The notes under the pieces: generated by a model | What the model was told of the DNA's origin: nothing | The model's database searches: none | Seen by the model: the letters and a program-made list of their open reading frames with translations, nothing else | From: an uncultured delta proteobacterium | Lineage (GTDB): Bacteria; Myxococcota_A; Polyangia; Polyangiales; Polyangiaceae | Reading direction: 5' to 3' | DNA: 64,000 bases | NCBI GenBank assembly: GCA_963716725.1 | Contig: CAVQUB010000011.1 | Coordinates: 416,001 to 480,000, forward strand | Shown here: piece by piece, positions 51,651 to 60,543 of the stretch | Numbering within the stretch: the first letter of the stretch is position 1 | How the letters are laid out: the number at the start of each line of letters is the position of its first letter | Program-made: the position numbers and the translations under genes

Positions 51651-53105
51651 TCACGGGCTCAGAGTCAGCGCGTCGAAGAGCAGATTGGTCCCGCTGGTCG
51701 GATCCCAACCCGCGGTGTTGGCGAATCGAATCGAGTATTCCGGAGTCGTGCGCAGGGACGGCGCCGGGTCCGGCAGCCAGAGCGCAACGCGATAGCTGCC
51801 GGCGGGCAGACTTGCAGGCAATGTGACGGACGTATCCAAGCTGTGGGTGCCCGGCTCTAGTCGACGCGGCTCCAGCGGCAGGTGGGCTTCGAAGTGGGCC
51901 GGACCGTCCAACACCAACACGAGGTCGCGGGAGAAATACGGGGCGGCAAAGCCATCGTTTCGCAGCACTAGCGACAGCGGCAGCGCGCAGCCCGCCTTCG
52001 CTTGTTCGGGGAAAGTCGCCTTCTCGAGCACCAATCGATACCCCAGCCGTGCAGCGATCTCATCGTAGCAACCCTCGCTCTCGAAGCGCGCGAGAGCGCC
52101 CGGGTGGTACGCGGCGTTGAGGAAGCTGAAGTGCAGCTCCGCCATCTCCGGCACCGCAACGGCGCAACTGGTCCGGGGCGGGTAGTCGTCACAAGTTTCG
52201 CCACCCGCCGGGACGAAGCGTGTGTCTTCGGCGATCAAGGCTTTCCATGCGGCCATCTTGCCAGCGGGGTAGGTGCCCACGTCGTCGGCGCTGGACAAGA
52301 AACAATCGTTGTGGTGCCCAATTCGCGCCACGGCTTCGGTGCCAAAGGCTTGGGCCTGGGTCACCGGGCCGCCGGCGTAGTCCTGCTTGAAGCTCCAGCG
52401 CCGAACCAACACGGGCATCTCCTGGGGCACGCTGGCGAGCAGCGCGTCGAGCACTGACTTCTTCGCCGAGGAGTCGGTGTCGAGCCCGTTGGTGCTCGAG
52501 TGCCACTCCCCCCACGGTCCGATGAAGCCTGCCTCGAGGAGCATGATCACGTCGGCGTGTTTCTGGATCAATGGAGCAAGGGCCTGGATGTGCTCGAGAA
52601 TGCGCGAGAGCTTCGCGTCATTCGGCGCCGTGAACTCTTCGCGGTAGACGAAGCGCAGCACCACCTTGATGCGAGCCGCGCGCGCGCGATCGAGACCCGC
52701 GCTCACCTTGGCCAAGAACGACGCGGGGATCGGCGCGTCGAGGTAGTCGAGCAGCGACACTCCGGCGTAGGCGATGGTCCGCCCCGACTTGCGCACATCG
52801 TCGAAGTCGTCGGTGGACGTGAGGCTGATGAAGTCGTGAAATCCGCGAGAAGGATTCAGCAGATTTTCGTTCGGCTCGAGCGCGTTGAACAGATGCTCCA
52901 CCGGCGTGGCAGGGCAGACCGGCGCATCGTCGCTGGCGTCGCTGGCGTCGCTCGCGACCCCGCCGAGCCCCGCACCCCCGAGACCGCCCGCGCCGGCGCT
53001 ACCTCCACCTCCGCCCGGCGTGCCCCCCGGGCTGCCGCCGAATCCCCCGCACGCGGACGCGAGCACGACGCCCGAGCAGAGCCCGGCGAACAACCAAAAC
53101 CGCAT
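51651..53105 (-). CDS. DUF4874/DUF4832 lipoprotein (glycoside-hydrolase-like)
   Basis: NPSRGF, VVLRFVY, AGFIGPWGEWH, GHHNDCFL, GGETC and RLGYR motifs. Confidence 0.8.
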   Translation of the reverse strand: MRFWLFAGLCSGVVLASACGGFGGSPGGTPGGGGGSAGAGGLGGAGLGGVASDASDASDDAPVCPATPVEHLFNALEPNENLLNPSRGFHDFISLTSTDDFDDVRKSGRTIAYAGVSLLDYLDAPIPASFLAKVSAGLDRARAARIKVVLRFVYREEFTAPNDAKLSRILEHIQALAPLIQKHADVIMLLEAGFIGPWGEWHSSTNGLDTDSSAKKSVLDALLASVPQEMPVLVRRWSFKQDYAGGPVTQAQAFGTEAVARIGHHNDCFLSSADDVGTYPAGKMAAWKALIAEDTRFVPAGGETCDDYPPRTSCAVAVPEMAELHFSFLNAAYHPGALARFESEGCYDEIAARLGYRLVLEKATFPEQAKAGCALPLSLVLRNDGFAAPYFSRDLVLVLDGPAHFEAHLPLEPRRLEPGTHSLDTSVTLPASLPAGSYRVALWLPDPAPSLRTTPEYSIRFANTAGWDPTSGTNLLFDALTLSP

Positions 53106-53168
53106 GACCGACAGCGTACACCTTTCGCTGGCAGCGGCCGACGCGGCCACTCTCCGCTCCAGCGTGCC

Positions 53169-54335
53169 TCATTTGATATGCTGATACGCGCCGCAGGGCA
53201 GCTTGGTCCCGGCCACGACCACGCCGAAGGGGCCGTAGATCTCCGAGGGCTGGCGCGAGGCCAGGAGCTTGCCGGCCGCGTCGAACTTGTACACGTCGGC
53301 AGGCTTGCTGCCGCTCCCGTCTTCGTAGTCGGCGGTGTAGACGTTCCCGGCGTCATCGACGGTGACCGGGACGGCCCAAAAGAGCCCCGGATCGGAGATG
53401 GCGGCAATCTCGACGTAGGGTGACGTCGACTTCACGCGGCGCACGCCGCCCTGCGACGCAACCAGGAACGAGTCCGTGCCCACGAACTGCAATCCCTCGG
53501 CGAAACCCTGAATCGGGATGGTGTCGAGCACTCCGAGCGAGGTCTTGTCCACCTTGTAGACCTGACTGCTGTTCGAGTTCTGGCTGGCGATGTACAGGTT
53601 CGAGTCAGGGTCGCAGGTGATGCCCGTGAGCGACCCGGTCGGGATGGTGAAGGTCTTCACGAACTTGTAGTTCTCGTCATACTTGTGGACCTCGTTGGTC
53701 CCGCCCGTCGCGGTGGTCGAGTAGATGTTGCCGAGCTTGTCGAAGATCAGGTTCTCGGTCGCTTCGGTCTTCACCTTTGGATGACAGGCGAACTCCACCC
53801 CCGGCTTCGAAAAGACGCAGAACTGCGACACTCCCGCCACCACGAGGTTGCCGTTCTTGTCGAAGGCCATGCCCGCCGGTCCCACGGCGTGGGACTGTCC
53901 TGGCGCCGGCAGCTCCGTCCCGAAGCTCAGATGCGTCCACGACGTGACCGTCAGCAGCTGCGCGTCGAGCTCGTACACCCGCGCGTTTCTCGAGCCCGCG
54001 ACGAACACGTGCCCCAGCGTGAAGGGCGACGGCGGCGAGCCACCCGTACCGAGCCCCCCGCTGCCGCCGGTGGCCCCGCCGCTGCCGCCGGTGGCCCCGC
54101 CGCTGCCGCCGGTGGCCCCGCCGCTGCCGCCGGTGGCTCCGCCGCTGCCGCCGGTCGCTCCGCCGCTGCCGCCGGTGGCTCCGCCGCTGCCGCCGGTGGC
54201 TCCGCCGCTGCCGCCGGTGCAGCCCGCGCAAGCCTCCGATGAATCGTCGTCGCCGCAAGCGGTCAGCGAGAGCGCAAGCGCGCCGGCCAACGTTGCAACA
54301 ACCCAGCTGGAAAGGCCCTGCGAGTGCTTCGACAT
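53169..54335 (-). CDS. lipoprotein with (TGGSGGA)n linker and NHL/beta-propeller domain
   Basis: Lipobox LTAC with repeats GMAFDKNGNLVV, FDKLGNIY, DPDSNLYI and VDDAGNVY. Confidence 0.8.
   Translation of the reverse strand: MSKHSQGLSSWVVATLAGALALSLTACGDDDSSEACAGCTGGSGGATGGSGGATGGSGGATGGSGGATGGSGGATGGSGGATGGSGGATGGSGGLGTGGSPPSPFTLGHVFVAGSRNARVYELDAQLLTVTSWTHLSFGTELPAPGQSHAVGPAGMAFDKNGNLVVAGVSQFCVFSKPGVEFACHPKVKTEATENLIFDKLGNIYSTTATGGTNEVHKYDENYKFVKTFTIPTGSLTGITCDPDSNLYIASQNSNSSQVYKVDKTSLGVLDTIPIQGFAEGLQFVGTDSFLVASQGGVRRVKSTSPYVEIAAISDPGLFWAVPVTVDDAGNVYTADYEDGSGSKPADVYKFDAAGKLLASRQPSEIYGPFGVVVAGTKLPCGAYQHIK
54055..54219. repeat. 21-bp coding tandem repeat (about 8 copies, TGGSGGA)
   Basis: Near-identical units CCGCTGCCGCCGGTGGC(C/T)CCG with no spacers. 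Confidence 0.9.
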
Positions 54336-54385
54336 ATTGAGCGTCAAGTTAGCAGCTCCTTCCCTGGAAGTCCGAGATCGACAGC

Positions 54386-56335
54386 TCAGCCGTCGTCCTC
54401 TGCCAAAACGATCAGTCGGTCGCCTTGCTTGGGCGCGATGGTCGCGTGGCGGAGTTGGTGCGGGTTGAGGCGGATGCCGTAGCGCTGCGCCGGGTCGGTG
54501 ACGTGGATCTGCACGCCAAACGCCACCTCGCCGCGGGCCTTGGCCGCGAGCATCAGGTATTCGAATGTGGTCGGGTGACCCGGCGGCACGTAGAGCGCGA
54601 GGTCTTTCAGGTAGATTTCGCTGCCCTCGGACTGGAACAGATCCTCGAGCACGGGCCGCACCCGCGGCTCGTGGGTCACCTGCGCCAGGACCATGCTGAC
54701 CATCTCGTTGCTGATGACGATGTCGTTGATCTCGGTGGTCGCTGCGAGATCACGGTTGCGCGGGTCGAGGATCTCGCTGCACACCTCTTGACCGTGCACG
54801 CCGGCACGGTGCCTGAAGTCGCGAAGCAAGAGCAGGGCGATGATGGCGCGGGTGTCCGCCGCTTCGCTCTCGTCCATGCCGTGCGCGTCGGAAGCGTCTC
54901 CGAGCACCATGACCGTGGGGTAACGCTCTGAGCGGACCTGCTCGAGCACGTGACGATTGGTGAAATCGCCCACCAGGTGGGTCAGGCCAATCTGCAGCTG
55001 TCCGCATTTGTCGGCGATCTCACGCTCGCGGTCGTCGAGGGACACCGAGTTGATCAAGGTCACGGTGGACCCCGGCCCCACGTAGGAGTCGAACTCCTTG
55101 AGGATGGGGAAGAGCTTCTCGTTGTACCCGAGCACGAGCAGGTGCTCCACTGGCTTGTCGGTGCCAGGCGGTGACGGGATCCCGATCTGATCGAGGCGGA
55201 GAGGGCCTGGGTAGGGCTGCCACTTGATGTGGTCGTCCTCGGCGACCAGGAGCAACTCCTCGTCCGGGCCGATGACGTGGTCGGAAGGGGGGTTGAGCTG
55301 GTGCGAAGAGCCGTCCGCCTTGCCGACGCCGACCAGGCAAGCGTTGGGGAATTCGAGCACGAGATCTCCGAAGCGCCTCCCGATGGCCTGCGGGAACCGC
55401 GCGTAGTGGATCTCGTTGCCCTCGAAGCGGAAGAGCTCGTCGTAGATCAAGCTCAGACCGCTGATGCGCGAAGTCTGCAGGATGATCTTGGAAATCATGT
55501 CGTTGGTGTTGATCACCTGCGCCCGCCCGCGGCTGGCGATCAGCGCGATGTCGCGGCTCGCGGACATCATCACCTCGGCGGTGATCTTGGTCCGATCGAT
55601 CCGCCCGCGTCCGTCGGGGTGATTGTAGAGGGCCATCAGCGTCTTGATCACGCGCCCATCGGCCCGATGCGGTTGATCCCGCTGGGCGTCGTCCAGCAGC
55701 ACGACGATGGAATTCGCGCGCTCGAAGCTGACCTTGGCCAAATCGTTCAGCGCGACGGAGCTGCCCGACCGGACCACGATCTTGACGCGCTTCGGATGCT
55801 GCACCTTGTCGCGCAGCGCCTCCTCCATCTCGACCTTGTCTTGCTCGGCCATCACCACCACGACGATGCGGCCCTTCTCGATGTTGGCCTCCGAGAGCTG
55901 GTCGATCACGCTGAAGACCTTCTCGGACCAGCCGAGAACCAGGAAGTGGTCGTGCTCGATGACGGGCGAGATGCCGCGCCGAATTGCTTCCAGGCGCTCC
56001 TGAAAATTGCCAGCCAGGGACGAGATGAGCAGGCCCGCAACGACCACACCGGCGACGGTCGCTGCGGTGGAAACCAAGCGATTGGGATTGCCCGCGTCGC
56101 TGCCCATCGTTCCGGGATCGATCAGCCGGGTGAAGTAGAACCACCCGCGATCGAGCAGGCTGCCCTCGGCGAGTTCGACGCCGGCAGCTCCTCCCACGAG
56201 CGAGAGCAGGGCGAAGCCGACGACCATCAGCATGGTCAGCGCAAACAAGAAGAACAGCTGCTTGCCGGCGCCGCCGCTCAGGAACTCTTCCCAGCGGTAG
56301 CGAAGCCGCGCACGAAGTCCCCGCTCGACCGCCAT
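54386..56335 (-). CDS. CASTOR/POLLUX (DMI1)-like cation channel with tandem RCK domains
   Basis: TM-pore (LIDPGTMGSD)-TM, HFLVLGWS, VRSGS, FEGNEI, second RCK LLVLGYN and EGSEIYLK. Confidence 0.8.
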   Translation of the reverse strand: MAVERGLRARLRYRWEEFLSGGAGKQLFFLFALTMLMVVGFALLSLVGGAAGVELAEGSLLDRGWFYFTRLIDPGTMGSDAGNPNRLVSTAATVAGVVVAGLLISSLAGNFQERLEAIRRGISPVIEHDHFLVLGWSEKVFSVIDQLSEANIEKGRIVVVVMAEQDKVEMEEALRDKVQHPKRVKIVVRSGSSVALNDLAKVSFERANSIVVLLDDAQRDQPHRADGRVIKTLMALYNHPDGRGRIDRTKITAEVMMSASRDIALIASRGRAQVINTNDMISKIILQTSRISGLSLIYDELFRFEGNEIHYARFPQAIGRRFGDLVLEFPNACLVGVGKADGSSHQLNPPSDHVIGPDEELLLVAEDDHIKWQPYPGPLRLDQIGIPSPPGTDKPVEHLLVLGYNEKLFPILKEFDSYVGPGSTVTLINSVSLDDREREIADKCGQLQIGLTHLVGDFTNRHVLEQVRSERYPTVMVLGDASDAHGMDESEAADTRAIIALLLLRDFRHRAGVHGQEVCSEILDPRNRDLAATTEINDIVISNEMVSMVLAQVTHEPRVRPVLEDLFQSEGSEIYLKDLALYVPPGHPTTFEYLMLAAKARGEVAFGVQIHVTDPAQRYGIRLNPHQLRHATIAPKQGDRLIVLAEDDG

Positions 56336-56464
56336 CTCTCCTCGCTCGAAGCCTTTTCGTGGAGGCACCGAGCGTCAACCTGGAATCGAGAGTGCGAAGG
56401 ATGATTGCGCCGCGTTCCGGGCCTCTGCTTGTAAGTCGCGTCGGGCCGCAGTAACGGTGCGCGC

Positions 56465-59083
56465 GTGAGCGATCCGGAATCCGAGCCGAAGGCCCCAGCC
56501 ACAGCCACGCCGGAGCCCCCAGCCGACGCCGCGCCCGAGCCCGCACTCGCACTCGCACTCGCACCCGCACCCGCACCCGCACCCGCGACCCCGACCGCAC
56601 CCGCGACCCCGACCCCGCCCGCGACCCCGACCGCGACCGCGACCCCGCCCGCGACCCCGACCCCGCCCGCGACCCCGCCCGCGACCCCGCCCGCGACCCC
56701 GCCCGCGACCCCGACCCCGCCCGCGACCCCGACCCCGCCCGCGACCCCGACCCCGACCGCGACCCCGACCCCGCCCGCGACCCCGCCCGCACTCGCACCC
56801 GAGCCCGCACCCGCGACCGCACTCGCACCCGAGCCCGCACCCGCGACCGCACTCGCACCCGCACCCGCGACCGCACTCGCACCCGAGCCCGCACCCGCAC
56901 TCGCACCCGAGCCCGCACCCGCGACCCCGACCGCACCCGCGACCCCGCCCGCACCCGCGACCCCGCCCGCGACCGCGACCCCGCCCGCGACCCCGCCCGC
57001 ACTCGCACCCGAGCCCGCACCCGCGACCGCACTCGCACCCGAGCCCGCACCCGCGACCGCACTCGCGACCGCGACCCCGCCCGCGACCGCGACCGCGACC
57101 CCACCCGCGACCCCGCCCGCACCCGACTCCTCCGACGCGCCCGCCCCGAGCTCCCGACGCTCCAAGCCCACCGCTCCCCCGCCCGCCAGTCGCACCGCGC
57201 CGCCGAGCCGCCATGATCCTGGGCACGGCGGACACGGAAAGCTGGGGCCATTGGCCCTCGGGGCCCTCGGGGTGGTCTACGGGGACATCGGCACCAGCCC
57301 GCTCTACGCGTTCCGCGAGTGCTTCCACGGCGACCACGCCATCGCCGCCACGCGGGGCAATGTGCTGGGCGTGCTGTCGCTCATGGCCTGGGCGCTGTTC
57401 ATCGTCGTCACCGTCAAATATCTCGTGTACGTGCTGCGCGCCGATAACCGCGGCGAAGGCGGCGAGCTCGCGCTCATGGCCCTCGCGCTGTCGAGCATCA
57501 AGGGCAAGGTCGGGCCGAAGATCGTGATCGCGCTCGGGATCTTCGGGGCTGCCCTCTTGTACGGCGACGGAATGATCACCCCAGCCATTTCGGTTCTGAG
57601 CGCCGTGGAGGGGCTCGAGGTGGCGGCGCCCGGACTCAAGCGCTTCGTGATCCCGACCACCATCGTGATCTTGATCGGCCTGTTCAGCGTGCAGAGCCGC
57701 GGCACCGCCGGAATAGGCGCGGTCTTCGGTCCAATCATGGTGGTTTGGTTCACGGTGCTCGCGGTGATTGGCGCAACGCACGTGATCGCCCACCCCAGCG
57801 TGCTTCAAGCGCTGAGCCCGCACCACGCCGTGCGCTTCTTGATCGAGAACAAGCTCGCTGGGTTCTTGGTGCTCGGCGCGGTCTTCCTCGTGGTCACCGG
57901 TGGCGAGGCGCTTTACGCCGACATGGGGCACTTCGGCCGGCGCCCGATTCAGGTGACGTGGCTCTTCATGGTCGGGCCCGCGCTGCTCACGAATTACTTC
58001 GGGCAGGGCGCGCTCTTGATCGATCACCCCGAGTTCGCCTCGAATCCGTTCTTCCGCTCGGCGCCGGCGTGGTCCCTGTATCCGATGCTGGTGCTGGCCA
58101 CGATGGCGACCATCATCGCGTCGCAGGCGGTGATCTCCGGCGCATTCTCGTACACGCGCCAGGGCATGATGCTCGGCTTCTGGCCGCGCATCGAGGTGAA
58201 GCACACGTCGTCCACCCAGATCGGCCAGATCTACGTGCCGCTGGTCAATTGGGTGCTCATGGTCGCGACCATCGCGTTGGTCCTGGGCTTCGGCTCGTCG
58301 TCGAAGCTCGCGGCGGCCTACGGCATCGCTGTCACGACCACGATGGTGATCACGACGCTCCTGGCCTACGTCGTCGCGCGACACCGCTGGGGATGGAGCG
58401 CCGTTGGCGCCGTCAGCCTCACTCTCGTCTTGCTGGTGGTCGACGTCGGGTTTTGGGGAGCGCAGCTGGTGAAGATCCCCCACGGGGGCTGGTTCCCCCT
58501 GGTGATTGCCGGCTCGATCTTCTTGCTGATGGTCACCTGGAAGGACGGACGCGCTCTCCTGGGGCGACGCATGCGAGAGCAGATGATCCCGCTCACGGAT
58601 TTCTTCGAGCTGATGCGTATCGAACGTCCGGCACGGGTCCCGGGCACCGCGGTGTTCATGACCAGCAACGCCGACGGCGCGCCGCCGGCGCTGATGCAGA
58701 ACTTCGCGCACAACCGAGTCGTGCACCAACAGGTGATCCTGCTCACCGTGCTCACCACCGAGGAACCTCGCGTCATGCCCGATCGACGCGTCTCGGTCGA
58801 AGAGCTGCCCGAGGGATTCCGGCGTGTTGTCGCGCGCTACGGCTTCATGGAGCAACCCGACATTCCCCGCTTGCTCGACGAGCGCCACCTCGAAGATTGG
58901 TCCATCGAGCACACGACCTTCTTCCTCGGCCGCGAGACGCTGCTCGCGACCAAGCGGGAGGGCATGGCCATCTGGCGCGAGCGCCTCTTCGCCTTCATGA
59001 GCCGGAACTCCCAACGCGCCTCGACCTTCTTCAACGTGCCCTCGGATCGGGTGATGGAAGTCGGCTCGCAGATCGAGCTGTAG
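56465..59083 (+). CDS. kup: KUP/HAK/KT potassium transporter with long Pro/Ala/Thr N-terminal extension
   Basis: GVVYGDIGTSPLY, DGMITPAISVLSAVEG, GGEALYADMGHFG and GQIYVP motifs, ending EVGSQIEL. Confidence 0.95.
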   Translation: MSDPESEPKAPATATPEPPADAAPEPALALALAPAPAPAPATPTAPATPTPPATPTATATPPATPTPPATPPATPPATPPATPTPPATPTPPATPTPTATPTPPATPPALAPEPAPATALAPEPAPATALAPAPATALAPEPAPALAPEPAPATPTAPATPPAPATPPATATPPATPPALAPEPAPATALAPEPAPATALATATPPATATATPPATPPAPDSSDAPAPSSRRSKPTAPPPASRTAPPSRHDPGHGGHGKLGPLALGALGVVYGDIGTSPLYAFRECFHGDHAIAATRGNVLGVLSLMAWALFIVVTVKYLVYVLRADNRGEGGELALMALALSSIKGKVGPKIVIALGIFGAALLYGDGMITPAISVLSAVEGLEVAAPGLKRFVIPTTIVILIGLFSVQSRGTAGIGAVFGPIMVVWFTVLAVIGATHVIAHPSVLQALSPHHAVRFLIENKLAGFLVLGAVFLVVTGGEALYADMGHFGRRPIQVTWLFMVGPALLTNYFGQGALLIDHPEFASNPFFRSAPAWSLYPMLVLATMATIIASQAVISGAFSYTRQGMMLGFWPRIEVKHTSSTQIGQIYVPLVNWVLMVATIALVLGFGSSSKLAAAYGIAVTTTMVITTLLAYVVARHRWGWSAVGAVSLTLVLLVVDVGFWGAQLVKIPHGGWFPLVIAGSIFLLMVTWKDGRALLGRRMREQMIPLTDFFELMRIERPARVPGTAVFMTSNADGAPPALMQNFAHNRVVHQQVILLTVLTTEEPRVMPDRRVSVEELPEGFRRVVARYGFMEQPDIPRLLDERHLEDWSIEHTTFFLGRETLLATKREGMAIWRERLFAFMSRNSQRASTFFNVPSDRVMEVGSQIEL
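56525..57125. repeat. about 600-bp hexamer-based simple repeat tract
   Basis: Mosaic of GCACCC/GCGACC/CCGACC/CCGCCC/GCACTC/GAGCCC units, in frame with kup. Confidence 0.9.
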
Positions 59084-59169
59084 ACCGGACGAAATCTTTC
59101 ATCGGCGCGGAGCGTAAGAGGAACTACGGCGTGGCCGTTGGGGTCTCGTCGAAACGCTGAGGTGAGCGA

Positions 59170-59718
59170 ATGATGCGTCGAGCTTTGGGCACAATCGCGG
59201 CAGTTCTGGTGGCGCTTCCCCTCGCGGCGGAATCCAAGCCAGTCCAGCAGGCACGACCCGCACCCACCGCCCAGGTGGCCCAACCGACTCGCCCTGCGGC
59301 GGCAGTGAAGCCCCGCGTCGCCGTCGGCCGCTCCGTCGAGGTGAGCTGGGGTGGGCAATGGTGGGCAGCCGAAGTCCTCGAGTCCCGCTCGGGCATCCGC
59401 CGAATCCACTACACGGGCTGGGGCGCCGAGTGGGACGAGTGGGTGGGCCCGGATCGAGTCCGCGCCGCCACGGCCGCGGCCCCGGTGGTTCCGCTGAAGG
59501 CCGCCCGCGTCGGGCAGCGTATCGACGTGGAGTGGCACGGCAGCTGGTGGCCCGCCGAAGTCGTGTCGATGAAGAACGGCTTCTACAAGATCCACTACGC
59601 CGGTTGGGACACCGAGTGGGACGAGTGGGTGGAGCTCCCGCGCATGCGCGCCCCAGCGTCGACACCCGGGCGAGCCCCAGGAAAAACCCAGCAGATCGTG
59701 GGTGGCGCGACGTTCTGA
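59170..59718 (+). CDS. secreted protein with two Tudor-knot/Agenet-like domains
   Basis: Signal peptide and two copies of V(E/D)V.W.G.WW.AEV......IHY.GW..EWDEWV. Confidence 0.8.
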   Translation: MMRRALGTIAAVLVALPLAAESKPVQQARPAPTAQVAQPTRPAAAVKPRVAVGRSVEVSWGGQWWAAEVLESRSGIRRIHYTGWGAEWDEWVGPDRVRAATAAAPVVPLKAARVGQRIDVEWHGSWWPAEVVSMKNGFYKIHYAGWDTEWDEWVELPRMRAPASTPGRAPGKTQQIVGGATF

Positions 59719-59719
59719 G

Positions 59720-60505
59720 TCACTGGTCGATGACTTTGAGTCCCTTGTCTCTCAGCGGCTGGATCACGCTGAGATCGCTCGGAGGCGTGCCAGCAACATA
59801 GAGAAACTTCAGGGTCTTGATGTCCTTGAGGGGACTGTAGTCCTTCACGAGGGTGCGCTGGATGCTGAGCCGTTCGAGCTTCTTGTGACCTTCGAGCGCA
59901 CGCAGGTCCCGCACTTGGGTGTCGTCCAGCGCAAGCTCGGTGAGGTTCTTGAGCCCCTTGAGCGGCATGATGTCCGTGACCTGGGTCCGCCCCAGATCGA
60001 TGCGGTCGAGCTTCACGAGCTTCTCGAGCGGTGTCAGGTCGTTCACCTTGCTGATGCTCGCGCGCAGCGACTCGAGCTGCGTCATGCCGGAGAGCAGCGA
60101 GAGGTCGTCGAGATCTCCCGGCCCGAGGAACAGCTCTTTGAGGTTCTTCGCGTGGGGAATGATGCACGGATCGAGCTGGTGCATCTCGACCTGCGAGAGG
60201 TTCAGGCTCTTGAGCTTGCCAAGATCGGCGATGGTGATGGTGCCGTCGGCCTTGGCGAGCTTCTTGCGCACCTCCGCCTCGACGGCCTTGTCGTCGAAGA
60301 CGACCGCAGGGCCCTTGGGGCAGTCGGCGGCGCTCTTCTTGGGGCGCGGTTTCTTGGCTTCTTTCGGCGGCGCGGCGCTGGGCGCGGGCGGCGGCGTGGG
60401 CTTGGCGGCCGTCGCGGACGCGGTCGATGCCGTCGGTTTCTGCTCTTCTTCGCAGGCCGAGAGCACGACGAGAGCGGTCAATACCAGGCAGAATCGCTTC
60501 GACAT
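59720..60505 (-). CDS. internalin-like leucine-rich-repeat lipoprotein
   Basis: Lipobox LSAC and 22-aa repeats such as DLTPLEKLVKLDRIDLGRTQV. Confidence 0.85.
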   Translation of the reverse strand: MSKRFCLVLTALVVLSACEEEQKPTASTASATAAKPTPPPAPSAAPPKEAKKPRPKKSAADCPKGPAVVFDDKAVEAEVRKKLAKADGTITIADLGKLKSLNLSQVEMHQLDPCIIPHAKNLKELFLGPGDLDDLSLLSGMTQLESLRASISKVNDLTPLEKLVKLDRIDLGRTQVTDIMPLKGLKNLTELALDDTQVRDLRALEGHKKLERLSIQRTLVKDYSPLKDIKTLKFLYVAGTPPSDLSVIQPLRDKGLKVIDQ

Positions 60506-60543
60506 CGGGGGCAGGCTACTCCAAAATCGCGCGGCCTGGCAGG

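Noticed and set aside
54055..54219. Possible CRISPR array (also considered for 29494-29538)
   Set aside because: No unique spacers and no cas genes. The first is a coding Gly linker and the second has only two copies.
55020..59014. Long minus-strand ORFs with RG/RV/AG repeats
   Set aside because: Alternative readings of the stop-free hexamer tract and antisense of kup.
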